Shown here piece by piece: positions 39,875 to 53,992 of a stretch of DNA of 64,000 nucleotides. Location of the stretch: positions 25,730,001 through 25,794,000 of the forward strand of contig NC_043020.1 in assembly GCF_006345805.1 (NCBI RefSeq). The letters run 5' to 3'. The translations under genes were made by a program, and so were the position numbers. Position 1 is the stretch's first letter. Each line of letters begins with the position of its first letter. Source of the DNA: Octopus sinensis. Its lineage: Eukaryota. The notes under the pieces were generated by a model. The model ran no database searches, had not been told where the DNA came from, and saw nothing but the letters and a program-made list of their open reading frames with translations.

Positions 39875-41666
39875 GATTCTATGTTTGACTTTTGCTTTAT
39901 ATTTGTACAAGTTGGCTCCAAGTCTCACCCAGAGACCTCAAGAGACAACAGGGTTGGAAGTTCATGTTGTTGTTATGCCTAGTGTGCCATATATTTGGGG
40001 GGTGGGGGTGTTGTACTAATGAATGTCTAAAAAAAATTTTTTTTTTTTTTTTTAAACCGAAAATTATGTTTGTTTTAAAACTTGAGATTACATAGAAAGT
40101 ATTTTGCGTAGGATATGAGCAGTTCCCATGAGCACTATCTTTTGAATTTCTGCCATTTTTGGGTTTCCTGGTATCTGAGTTAGGTAACTATCTGCCCCTT
40201 TTGCTATCATTCCCAGGGCACCTATGACAACAGGTATTGTGTTAGTCTTCAGCTTCCACATTTTGCTGATTTCTATTTCAAGATCTTTATATTTGCTCAG
40301 TTTTTGGTAGGTCTTGACAGATACGTTTATATCGATTGGGACAGTCATATCAATGAGAAGGCATGTTCTTTGTTTGAAGTCTTTCAATATGATGTCTGGC
40401 CTATTTGCATCTATCTATCTGTCAGTTTGAATGGAGAAGTTCCAGAGGAGTGAGATGTGGTCATTTTCAGCACTGGGGGGGTGGTTTGTGTTCCCACCAG
40501 TTTTTTTCATGGGGCAAATCCAGGTTTTTGCAGATTACCAGTGAATATATTGTGCAGCTCTATCGTGCCTGTTGAGATACTCTGTAGGCGCTAGAAGACT
40601 GCACTTGGAAACCACATGGTCAATGGTTTCATTTTGTTGCTTGCATACACGACACGTTGGACTGCTTCTGATCTTTAATATGTTGGCCTGGTAGTTTCTT
40701 GTTGGTAGGCATTGATCTTGAGCTGCTATGATAAACCCCTCTGTTTCAGATTTTAAGCCAGAGGCCATTAGCCATTTATGGGTCAGGGCTTTGTCAACAT
40801 CTGCATTATTCGCTCTCTTTGGGTATTTGCCATAGAGAGATTTTTCTTGCCATTTATCATTCAGAATATCTAAGGCCGCAGATTTAGCACGGTTTTCATG
40901 CGCTTAGCTTTTTCGTGCCTGTTTCTTGTATGTCTATCTCTAATTCCGAAATTGGTTGTATTCGGAATTTACTTAGATATTCCTTTGCCTGTTTTGTTAC
41001 TGAGTATGATGCTTTCTTGTTTTCATGTTTTGAGACAAGTTTTAACATCCAGTCCTCAGAGTTTTTCAGGTAGGTGTCTAGGCCAATTGTAGCAATCTTC
41101 ATTGTTGCCAGTTGTAAAAGTCCACGGCCTCCCTCTTTTCTTGGCAGATAAAGTCGTTCTGTATCTGCCTTAGGGTGGTGCATTCTATGCATTGTCAACA
41201 GTTTTCGTATTTTTCTGTCAAGATTACATATTTCAGTAATTGACCAGTTAACGATACTGAAACTGTAAGTCACGACTGGTATGGCTAATGCATTGATCGC
41301 TTCGATCCTGTTTCTCGCATTCAGCTCTGTCTTGAGTATTGCTCTTACTCTGCGATAGCATTCTCTCCTGATCCTTTCCTTCATCTCTGAATGCCTTATT
41401 CCTTCTCCTTCAATTACCCCTAGATACTTGTAGTTCTCTGCTGGGTCTAATTCTTTTATGACATTCTGCTGGTCAAGGTTAACGTTAGATGTTTCTGTCA
41501 TTTTTCCTTTGATAAAGGTAGCTTTTACGCATTTATCGAGGCCAAATTGCATTCTGATGTCATCACTGAATTGTTTGACAATCGCTAGTAAGCCCTTGAG
41601 TTGTTGGTCACTTTTTGCAAAGAGCTTTAAATCATCCATGTAAATGAGATGATTTATATTTTTATC

Positions 41667-41667
<1 letters not shown>
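39875..41667 (-). mobile_element. R4/Dong-clade non-LTR retrotransposon, 5'-truncated copy 1 (RT C-terminal half, CCHC knuckle, REL endonuclease)
   Basis: Minus strand INHLIYMDDLKLFAK (RT catalytic), YKYLG, CRVC..ETIDHVVSKC (CCHC), RHD..HW, NRPDI..IDMTVP..K..KYKDL (PD-(D/E)xK); stop at 40088; ~210-nt 3' UTR; (AAT)n on both sides; a few frameshifts/stops. Confidence 0.92.
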
Positions 41668-41719
<52 letters not shown>

Positions 41720-41720
<1 letters not shown>

Positions 41721-42504
41721 TTTTTTTTTTCTTCTTTCAAATTTGCTTCCATTTCTTGCCGAGTGTCTTCCCGACTCCTAGGGCAAAGAAACTCATAGTA
41801 TATATTGGTAGGCCATTAAACCAAACTCAATAGTTCGTTCATTAAAAATTTTTTTTTTTTAAGTTAAATTAAAATACATGAGCAGCAACAGTTCTCACAT
41901 CGACAATGCTCTTCTCAATACGTGTGATGTACCAGTTAAGACAATCTTTTGCACTTCTTGCAGGGATGGTAAGCCAGGGATCATTCTCATATAATTTTCG
42001 GTTCCTTCTTGATCATTCCTAGTGCTCTACGATCACTGGTATTGTAACCGCCTTGCGATGCAACATTTTCTCAATTTCAATGAGTAGGTCTTATATTTTC
42101 TGAGCTTGTCAAACTCTTTCGGTGAGATATTATGATCACAGGGGATGCTCATGTCGATCAATAAGCAAACTTTATTGTTTTGGTCTTTCACAACAATATC
42201 TGGTTTATTGGCTTTGATGGTTCGGTCTGTATGTACTGGAAAGCCCAGAGAATGGTTACATTTTCTCCTTCAGTTACAGCCTCTGGGTGGTGATTATACC
42301 ACTTGTCGGCAGTTTTGATATTGTAATGCCGACTTATTAGCCAGTGTAGATATTGGCCAACTCTGTCATGTCTTAATTTATACTCCACTGGTGCTAAGAC
42401 TTTACATCCAGAGATTAGGTGGTCCATTGTTTCAATCATGTCGTTGCAGAATCGGCATTTTGGGTCTGCTCCATTTTTCATCACATTGGCCTGGTAGTTC
42501 CGGG
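41720..42504 (-). mobile_element. R4/Dong-clade non-LTR retrotransposon, 5'-truncated copy 2 (different subfamily)
   Basis: RNYQANVMKNGADPKCRFCNDMIETMDHLISGC...RHDRVGQYLHW...KPDIV...IDMSIP...EVQKIVLTGTSHVLRRALSM* (stop 41895-41897); 3' UTR unrelated to copy 1; (AAT)n flanks. Confidence 0.92.
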
Positions 42505-42546
<42 letters not shown>

Positions 42547-42586
42547 TTTATTATTGTTGTTGTTGTTGTTGTTGTTGTTGCTGTTG

Positions 42587-42629
<43 letters not shown>

Positions 42630-42658
42630 TATTATTATTATCATTACTATTATCATTA

Positions 42659-42698
<40 letters not shown>

Positions 42699-42726
42699 GA
42701 TAATAATTATTATTATCATTATAATT

Positions 42727-42757
<31 letters not shown>

Positions 42758-42883
42758 TGTTGTTGTTGTTATTATTATCATTGTTCTTGTTATTGACATT
42801 ATTATTATTGTTATTATTATTATTATTATTATTATTTATGATTATTGTTGTTATTATTATTATTGTTATTATCATCATCATCA

Positions 42884-42971
<88 letters not shown>

Positions 42972-42980
42972 CATTATTGT
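42505..42980. repeat. (ATT/GTT/ATC)n tract
   Basis: Direct inspection; abuts the 5' end of Dong copy 2. Confidence 0.95.
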
Positions 42981-43695
42981 TAGTTTTGTTCGAACCTTCG
43001 GGTGAAAAGCGGTGCTGTTTGAACTGACATAAAAACATGGCTTTCAGTGACTTTCCTTTCCACTTACCATTCTCCATATTCCCTGTATATATATCAGCTT
43101 AGTACTTTTCCACATCTGCCTATTTATTTATCTATTTATCATCCTATCACCCTTTCTTTCTGCTTCTCCATAAATAGTATTTACCGCTAGTATTTTTCTC
43201 CCATGTGGTCTCCGTTACAACGTTTCAAGAAGCTATTAACAATCTACATATGTATATATTATGTAGGAAAAAAAATAAATGTTTGAAGTATGTGTTTAAA
43301 GTAAAAATTGATGTAGTTAACCGATGTGTTTAAGAGAGAATATAAAAAAATAGTGTAAATAAAATGAAATTAAGAAAAATAAAAGATGGGATAGACGGAG
43401 AATTTAAACATGTATTTATGCATTTGTGTTAGTGTATATGCTTAAACATACATATATATACTTATATAAGGAGACTAAGAAACACTCGGATATATATCAA
43501 TATATTACACATGTAGAAATATGGCATATATATATATATCTGCTTGTGCATGTGCATGTGTATGAGTACATATATATATATACAAATTATTTATATATAT
43601 ATATATGCTTGTGTATATATATATAAATATATGTACATATATATATACATGTATGTACATATGCATATATATAAATATATTATACACCACACCAC

Positions 43696-43768
<73 letters not shown>

Positions 43769-44099
43769 TATACTTGTGTATGGGAACGTAGCTGATCGTT
43801 GTATGGAATGCTGTAACACCGAGGGTGCATACAAAAAGTACACATGATCCCTTGCTCCTGTAAGTCATTTTAATGCATACATACATATATGTATATATAT
43901 ATAAATGTATATATACATATATATATATTTACACACAGACACACAAAACAACACACACACAGACACACAACACAAACCAACCCACACAGACACCAGCGTA
44001 TGTGTGTGTATATATATATATATATAAATATATAAGCACATATATTTATATGTTTATATATCTGTAATATATGCATTAACATGCATCTATATATGTGTT

Positions 44100-44148
<49 letters not shown>

Positions 44149-44486
44149 ATGTATGTATATGTGTATGCGTGAGTGTTGTAAACATATGCCTAAGCAAGGG
44201 TATTCAAATACTTGTAAATTTCATTTTATTACTCATGTTATGCAGCGCGATATTTTTATTGTAGTACTTTTTTATTTCTTTACTTTTTATTTTTTTGATC
44301 TTGCGGTCAAACACAGCATTTTGGCAAGAATATTATATTAATAGTTTTGTACTATTCGAAGATGTTTTAAATTATTCTTTCAGGGAATTTATACATAGAT
44401 ATGTATTGATCTTTTCAAATGTTCTGGAAAATTGGTCCTGCTGCTAAATACAATTATTTCATAATAATAATAATAATAATATTATT

Positions 44487-44554
<68 letters not shown>

Positions 44555-45027
44555 GTTAACATCCATGTGCCTAAGCTTTGTTTTGTCTTGGTATAAAAGA
44601 TAGGCTACAGCAAATATTCTGCTCAGTACCACAGTTGAGCATGACCCTTAGTGGCTGACGATATGTGCATCTCTGATCACGATCAGAAGTAGTGGAGGAC
44701 ATCATAGCCATGTGTTGAGAGGGATTCTTTGGGCTTTGAATAATTCACCTCTGGAAACATGGGTGTTTCGTTCAACATCTTTAAACAACCCTTATTCAGG
44801 GACCTTTTGAGTGGGATGGGTTACTCGACCAGAAGAAAATTCTAACTGGGCCACACCTGCAAGCTCATCTGCTGTTTATCTTGATATGAGATCACCATAT
44901 CATGCAAATATGGTTGTGATGCATGTGCCCGGTGTACCCTTGTCAGACAGCTAGTCATGATGGGTTTAGTGGGCTTCGTATATTTTGCTCCAGTGTCACT
45001 TTGATGGCATGCACTGCTCTCTAACTC
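44555..45027 (+). mobile_element. Probable non-autonomous interspersed repeat embedded in (AAT)n
   Basis: About 470-bp GC-richer block, no ORF, bounded by (AAT)n at 44460-44554 and aataataat at 45028; resembles a common octopus repeat from memory only, single copy in this window. Confidence 0.5.
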
Positions 45028-46340
45028 AATAATAATAGTTTTTATTATTGCTATTGAAAATTCTTATCAAACATTCTAGCTCTTCCAGATCAATGTATAT
45101 GATATCTCCACAGCGCGACTGAATCCGGAACCATGTGGTTGGTAAGCAAGCTACTTACCACACAGCCACTCCTGCGCCTATATTTACTAAACATATTTCT
45201 ACATTCTCTTTCAAGACGTACCTGAATAGATCATGCATTTCGCGTGAAGTACATTTCAGGTGACGTCATTCAAATAGTAAATTTGCTTCTGTAATACAAC
45301 AATAAAATCTAGATACTTCTTCGTTTGGTTATATATGGCATCTCTTTACTTACAGCAGAATCACTTTTGAAATTTCATAATACATGATAAATTTAGAATA
45401 TTTTCAAGTATCTTGATTGATTTTAGCTTTTAGTAATAAATAAGAAAACGCTGAGATTCCTCATATAGCTTTTCATGCAGAAAATTTCAAATTTCTGTCT
45501 ATAATATCATGCATTATATATTGCAGACCAAACAAACCAGTTAGCAGATGATCTCTTGAGAATTAAATGCCCTCGGCCAAATTCTACAGGGTATTCAAAT
45601 TTAATGCAGACGCTTACTGTAGATCGCCATCACTCCGGAAATCAGAAGCCTGGCGTTCCATTAGATCTTCGGAATCATATCCTATCGATGATATTTCTAA
45701 AACATAAAATTGTCTGATGATTTTTCATCTATTGTGAAGCTGTAAGAAACTGGATTTCAAGTAGGTAGGACAAATTCGAACAATGCCTATTATAATGTTC
45801 GTGGTATTTATTTCATTTAAGTTAGACTGGAGAGTGTCATTATATTCAAGCCCACCAGAGGATACAAATAAAATTCGAGGTGTGGCGGAAAGGACAGGGC
45901 ACATCTCGTCCGTGAGAGGATCCATTATAAACGTTGGAAGAAACATCAAATAATTTACGAAATCAGTGAGAAGTTATCTCGGGATGATGATACAAAGAGA
46001 ATACAGCAAGATCTAGAAAAGTCGTACAAGAAAGAATTTGAGAAGGTGAAGACGTGCCAGATTACGAGGTTTAGGAGCTCAAAGGTCAGAGAATGAAAAT
46101 CGAATTCCGCTCGCTACTCACCTGTGAAAGCAGAGAACACCACTGGAAAATAAGAAAACTAAAGGAGGTTGCACATATGCTAGGACACAATAACCTCCTA
46201 AGCAGACCGAGTGCAGATATGTGTAGAATATGAGAAGTGAGGTAAATGTTGCGGCCCTTAAATTCTTAAATTCTAATGGGGTCGAGCTGCACCAAGTCAT
46301 GGCTCCCGTTTGTTTTCTATATGTATATTTATGCATGCAT

Positions 46341-46423
<83 letters not shown>

Positions 46424-46426
46424 ATA

Positions 46427-46468
<42 letters not shown>

Positions 46469-46511
46469 TATATATACACACATAAGTATGTATATATATA
46501 TATATTTATAT

Positions 46512-46795
46512 ATCACCGTGATCACCGTGACCGACCAGGCTATCAGGTGTTGCTACACATCGCTGGTCATAATGCGCTTCGCATTGTTTTAGCCTTCAAA
46601 CGACGCTACCCCGCTGGCTAAGCGAGCAGGACAACATAAGAAAGAGTGAGAGAAAGTTGTGGCGAATGAGTACAGCGGGGCTCGCCACCACTCCCTGCCG
46701 GAGCCTCGTGGAGCTTTTAGCAGTTTTCGCTCAATAAACACTCACAATGCCCGGTCTGGGAATCGAAACCGCGATCCTACGACCGCGAGTCCGCT
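46512..46795 (-). mobile_element. Family C SINE, 5'-truncated
   Basis: Homologous to 1665-1915; short tandem tail (atcaccgtg)2. Confidence 0.88.
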
Positions 46796-46924
46796 TATAT
46801 ATATATATATATATGGATTAAAATTATATATATTTTAGATACACATATATTTATATATGTGTGTATAATACACACAAACACACATATATATGTATATATA
46901 TATATATATGCAACTGGTGTTTAT

Positions 46925-47098
46925 TACCGTGTGTATGCACAGAAGTGGCTCTATGGTAAGTATTTTGTTTGCAAACTACATGGTTCTGGGTTCAGTGCTA
47001 CTGCGTGCCACCTTGGACAAGTGTCACCTACTATAGCCTAGGGTCGACCAGAACTCTTGTGAGTGGATTTGGAAGACGAAAACTGAAAGAAGTCCATC

Positions 47099-47105
<7 letters not shown>
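46925..47105 (+). mobile_element. Family A SINE head half
   Basis: gcacagaagtggctctatggtaag...tgcgtgccaccttggacaagtgtc...gtgagtggatttggaagacgaaaactgaaagaag. Confidence 0.82.
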
Positions 47106-47168
<63 letters not shown>

Positions 47169-47309
47169 TATTATAATATATATATATATACACGTATCTA
47201 TGTTCCTGTGCGTATATATATATGTAGGTGTGTGTATACATACATACATATATATATATATTCGTATTATGTATGTATGTATGTATGTATGTATGTATGT
47301 ATGTGTATG

Positions 47310-47340
<31 letters not shown>

Positions 47341-48509
47341 TGCGTATCTATACAAACATATGAATCGTTTCAGAATGTAAATTCAGTCGGTTGAAAACAA
47401 ATTTTTTTCACAACAATTTATAAATTATTCTTCACAGCTATTAACAGGAAAAAAATGTTTAAAAGCACCCTACAGTACAAGAAGCCACACACAGACACGC
47501 ACACACACACACACACACACACATACACACACACACACACTCAAACACATAAACCCATACATACAAGTGTACAGCGCACTTATCCACATAGAGTCATATA
47601 TATTCATACATATTCACACACAAATATTTATATATGCATATATTCTTTTATTCTTTTATTTGCTTCAGTTACATGACTGTGGCCATGCTGGAACACTGTC
47701 TTTTTTATATATGCATGTATATACTTATGTTCACGCTCATTAAAATAATCGACCTTTTATCACACTAGTGTACAAATACACACCCACACGAACAAAATGT
47801 TTACATAGACATTTATGTATATACGAACATATATATATGTGTACGTACGTTTGTACATATGTATGTATATATGTAATTATATATTCATCACACACCTGAA
47901 CAACGGTGATATATCGCAGTATTAAACAAAAACACACAAACACACACATGTAAGCACAGAAATATTCACACATTCATCTGTATATTTGTGAGTGTGCGTA
48001 TAGGTGCGTATATGTTAATAAATAAATATCTACGTATGTACACACCTGAACACCTATAAAGTATCCCAGCTGGGGACGAACAGTTATCTATTTCGCCATT
48101 TAAAATATTTGTTGATAAACGTTCACGTATTATTTTTTACCAACTTTATTCATGCTGTATTTGTTTCTTTTCTTTAATATTATTGCACTCATTTGAACCC
48201 CATACCACGTGATACATCGTAATGTTTTTATATAAATTAGCCGCCATTTTAGCTTCCTTCGTTTTAGAATTCTTGGGTAAAAAATATTATACTGTATTTA
48301 GTTATATGTATTTTATTTATGATTTATAGTCGAATCTGGGCTCTACCGAGTTGCCAGAATGGGTGTTTCGTTGAGAGACTCATTTTAGAACCACGTGGAA
48401 TCGGGTTCTGTCCCACAATGCGGTATAGAAGGCAGATGTTTCCTACTACAACCCAGGAGCGTCAAATAATTTGTGGAATGAATTTGGTAGATCGAAAAGT
48501 GATGGTGTC

Positions 48510-48614
<105 letters not shown>

Positions 48615-49187
48615 CATCCATCTGTTTATCTATCTATCTATTTATCTACCTGTCTATCTATCTGTCTATCTATCTATCTATCTATCCATCTATCAATCAA
48701 TCAATCTATCTATATCTAAACATATATATATATTAGAGAGAGAGAGAGTTATATATACATATACATACCTATATATACACACATACATATATATGCATAT
48801 ACATGCATATATATACATATACATACACATATACATACATACATATACATACACATACATACATGCTTATAAATATATAAATATAAACAAACGCAAACGC
48901 AGACTCACACGCGCACACACACACACACACGTGCACACGCACATACATATACAAGCGAGTGTGTTTGTTACCCCAACTTCACCACAGCATCAAAATCCGT
49001 GTTTTGTTGTTTCCGATCATCTGAAAAGATAGTTATTTAAGTGTAGTTAAGAATGTTGTGTGTTTCCAATACGGTCTGAGGTCAAATGATTTTCACCAGC
49101 ATTTTAACCAAATATTTCCGTAATGTTATTTATTTACATACAGCTTTATCTTGTTCAAAATTCGCTGTTCTGAAAATGTATTATTTC

Positions 49188-49221
<34 letters not shown>

Positions 49222-49634
49222 ATGTGTGTGTGTGTGTGTGTGTGCGTGTGTGTTCTTTAGGCGTTTTTGCTCAATAAACACTCACAATGAATTACTCAAC
49301 ATTGGTGTTTAGGAAATGTATGTATGAATATATGAATGTACTTTTAGACACAGGTCACACATATTGAGGTGATAATTTTGAAAACAAATAATATTTTTTT
49401 TAAATGTATAGCTTATATATACCTTTCAGTCGGTAATTATATGTATGAGTATGTGGCGTATATGCATATATGTAATAATATATAATATATATATATATTA
49501 TATATATATACATATATTATATACATATATGCATATACACCTATGCATATATATATATGCATGTATTGTCATATGTATACATATACATATCTGCATGTAT
49601 AGAGATATATAGATATAGATATAGATATATACAA

Positions 49635-49680
<46 letters not shown>

Positions 49681-49784
49681 GATATATACATATGCAAATA
49701 GATAGATAGATATATAGATACATATATACATACACACGTACACACACACATATATAAATTCATACATATATACTTATATAATAT

Positions 49785-49822
<38 letters not shown>

Positions 49823-50689
49823 GCATGTATGAATACATGCATACATACACATATGTATACATATATCTACATATACATACATATACATACACACACATAT
49901 ATACATACACATACATGCATACATACATACATACACATATACATACATACACACATCTATATTCCGTTTACATATGTGTGAAATTAGAAACACGCGTCCT
50001 TGAATTCGTTCCATTCTAATTTACTCCGAATTTTAACCAATATTTACTTATTCAAACGAAATATTCTGAATACTAAATCTTCATCGCCGTTAATCCGCAT
50101 TCTATCTCACCATATCACAATATGTAAAAGCAACATATCTCTTCTAAATTATTTATTATTCGAAATATTAATGTCCAAAGTAGGTAACGTTGTGATTGAG
50201 TGCTACTTCAACATTCAGCTTCAAGATATTTGTTTATGTAAAATTAAATGTTCATATGGAAGTTGTTATAGCTATCGTTGTTTTTGTTGTCGATGAGTTG
50301 GAAATGATTTTTCGCTCATCGTAAATTGCGCTAATGCATTTCCGGTTAATTAAATCGGTTTTTGCGATACAAAAACTATGCAGGTGTGAGTGTATATGTG
50401 CGCATTTGCGTGTAAATGCATGTATGTATGCGTGTATGGATCTTTGTTGACTACCCATCTGTATCAGTATATATGTATGCAAGAATATGCGTATACTATA
50501 TCCATACATACCTCGTATATCTTTGTTTTTCTTTCTATCTCTCTTTCTCTATATATGTGTGAGTGCGTGGGGGTGTTTCTGTACGTGTGTTTACGCATAA
50601 AATATATATAGGTATATATATATATTTATAGGCAGCGAGAGAGAGAGAGAAGGTGCATTATACATAGACATGTATATATATGTACAGGC

Positions 50690-50720
<31 letters not shown>

Positions 50721-50751
50721 ATATATATATGTATAATATATATATATATTA

Positions 50752-50811
<60 letters not shown>

Positions 50812-50909
50812 ATATATACATATAGACAGATATATACATATATATACGGATATATACATATATATAAATATACATATAAATATATCCATATATATGTATA
50901 TATATATAT

Positions 50910-50951
<42 letters not shown>

Positions 50952-51575
50952 CAGTATACACTTCAGCATAAATTTTAAATATTAGATATGATTTAATTTT
51001 ATCTCATATTTTGAAAAGAAAGGAATTTTCTTTCAATTACACTCTCACTTGTTTTGACTTATTTATATGAAAGGGAAACTACTCCGTTTTACATGACGGA
51101 AGCCATTTGTAATTATGCGATATTACTTTCTTTTAAAATCTTATTATTAGCTTTGAATTATTTTATTATGCTCTAGTGGATAATTTATTGGTTTTTAATT
51201 TTTTAATTAGTTAACTCTATAATTCTTGGTAGTTAATAGTTTTCTTTTTTCATTAACTTATCTTAAGATTGATTGTCTATTTTGTTTTGTAGAGACGGTA
51301 ATTGCAAATGTTCTCAACAAGTATAAATTGTGAACTGACATTTGAATTTACGCTGAATTGGATTTATATATTTTTTCTGTTTTTGATCGATCTGCCTTTC
51401 AGTTAATTTACTTCTATCATAATTGAATTGTTTGCTCCTTTCTGGGCAATAGCAAAAGGTCTTTATCTTTCTTGGTAGAACTCATTGATCCCAAAAATGA
51501 ATTCCTGAGGAAAGCCTAATTTCAAAAGGATTATATTTCATTATGTTTTGAATTATTAGGCTTGAAGCACTTATA

Positions 51576-51647
<72 letters not shown>

Positions 51648-51933
51648 ATATATATACATATATATTATATGTTTATATAGTATGTGTTTATATATATATA
51701 TAGATATATATATATATGTATATATATGAATAAAAAATTTGAGTTAACGCAGGTGTAATCAAATATTCTTACTTTCGACACATGTTTCGAAAATTCCACT
51801 GATACTATTCAAAAGAATAAATGGTAAACAATGCAATTTCTCCTCAGGAAAGTGAAAAGAAACGAAACTTGTCAATAAGACATTTTAGCAAGGTAATATA
51901 CACTCATCTCTCTCTCTCTCTCTTCTCTCTCTC

Positions 51934-51990
<57 letters not shown>

Positions 51991-52391
51991 GGTATCTGAG
52001 AGATACAAGCATGCCGAAAAAGCAGTCAAGACCCCGACTCCAAAAACCACTTAGATGGATATATAGATGTTTATAAAATAAAAATATGAAATTGAGATAA
52101 AAATTATTTGTTTACAATATAAGCACAGGGCCTGAAAACTTTCAGGAATGCGGCTAGCAGATTGCTTGGATCCCAGCATTTGACTGATATTTATTTTGTT
52201 GAACCAAAGAGGATGAAAGGTGAAGTCGACTTCGGTTTGCAAACAATTCTGCCGGGTCACCGCCATAATGTAGATAGAAACAGTGGTTTGGGATTTTGGC
52301 AAAAAGCCAACCTTTTCATGTGTGTGAGTGGGGGAGGGTACGTTGGTTGCATGAAGGAAATTGAACAAATGGCACTTATTTGACCGACACC

Positions 52392-52807
52392 TATTTCTTT
52401 ACGACCCACAAGGGGCTAAACACAGAGGGGATAAACAAGGACAGAAAAAGGGTATTAAGTCGATTACATCGACCCCAGTGTGTAACTGGTACTTTATTTA
52501 ACGACTCCGAAAGGATGAACGGCAAAGTTGACCTCGGCGGAATTTGAACTCAGAACGTAACGACAGACGAAATACCTATTTCTTTACTACCTACAAGGGG
52601 CTAAACACAGAGGGGACAAACAAGGACAGACAAAGGGATCAAGTCGATTACATCGACCACAGTGCGTAACTGGTACTTAATTTATCGACCCCGAAAGGAT
52701 GAAAGGCAAAGTCGACCTCGGCGGAATTTGAACTTACAACGTAACGACAGACGAAATACGGCTACGCATTTCACCCGGCGTGGTAACGTTTCTGCCAGCT
52801 CACCGCC
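52392..52807 (-). mobile_element. Family B SINE dimer (head + two 185-bp bodies)
   Basis: Junction gacgaaatacc|tatttcttta at 52576/52577; head ggcggtgagctggcagaaacg ends at 52807. Confidence 0.9.
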
Positions 52808-53479
52808 GAAAGGATGAAATGCGAAGTGGAGATCCCGTAGAATTTAATGTCGGATAAAGTGCAGCCAAGCATTTTGCTCCGGCATGCTAACCATTCTTTC
52901 ACTTTATTGCCTTACTATGACAGCAATACTAACAGTAACCGAAATAGAAATAATAAAAAAATAAATAAATTGACAAGTTTTGTAAGACAAATGTCTTGAA
53001 TAATTTAGCGAGGCGTTGGAAAAAAGCACATAAACGTCCCCGGTCGTTGTATTCGTCCCTTTAAATAAATCGATTTTCCTTGGCATTTATATTGTGTTTC
53101 ATCCACACTCATTTTGTTAACCGTCAAACTTTGTTTTAGCCGCTATACATATAATTTCTGTTTTTATATGCCTTCGAGGTTCTGCGTTACGGTCAACGTC
53201 CGCTTTCGTCCAACAGTACACCGCTATTTTAAAAATAGTTGCCAATCGACATTAGATGCTCGTTTGTTGATAACTAACGTATACTCACATCTTTATGCAG
53301 CCAACTGGCAGACTCCTTAGCATGCCGGAGGAAATGTTTATCAGCATTTCGTTCGAGAGGAAGCGTACTCGTTGGGTAAGGGGTGTCCATGTAACTTACC
53401 CCTGCAACTGAAATTGCTGACCCTGTGTCAAAATTTATACTGAAATATACTCACAATTTATGAATTATTTTATGCGTCT

Positions 53480-53520
<41 letters not shown>

Positions 53521-53523
53521 GTT

Positions 53524-53563
<40 letters not shown>

Positions 53564-53902
53564 TATTATATACTTTATAAATATATATATATATACTTTA
53601 TAAATATATATATATACTTTATAAATATATATATATTACTTTATAAATATATATATATATATAATATATATATAATATATATATATATATATTATGTGAA
53701 ATAGAAAGATAATAATCTTGTAGTAGATTAATCAAAAGTTTAACCGATACCTTAGTAGCAAAAATCACAGCAGTAAACAGCACGGTTGGAGGTACAACCA
53801 TCTGGCGTTGCAACCGTGTGCGTTGGTGCGGATAATTGAAATTAAAACATTATTGGTGAATTGAAGAAATTGAGCTGAACGCAGATTGAACAGAATCGTT
53901 TT

Positions 53903-53992
53903 ATTTCATTCTAACACGGTTTCGAAAGGCACAAATTACCAAAATCCGATTGAATAATGGGACCATATTGTGTCTTTCTCTTCAGGAAAAAA
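53903..53992 (-). ncRNA. Type I hammerhead ribozyme motif in left (inverted) pLTR
   Basis: Reverse complement: tttttc CTGAAGA GAAAG-a-CACAA...TTGTG-c-CTTTC GAAAC cgt GTT agaatgaaa; stem II intact, stem III/cleavage triplet slightly altered vs the right copy. Confidence 0.65.

Noticed and set aside
48330-48500. NNLWNEFGR resembling Tc1 ENLWDEL
   Set aside because: The preceding SPDLNP motif is absent and the frame is interrupted; too weak to call.
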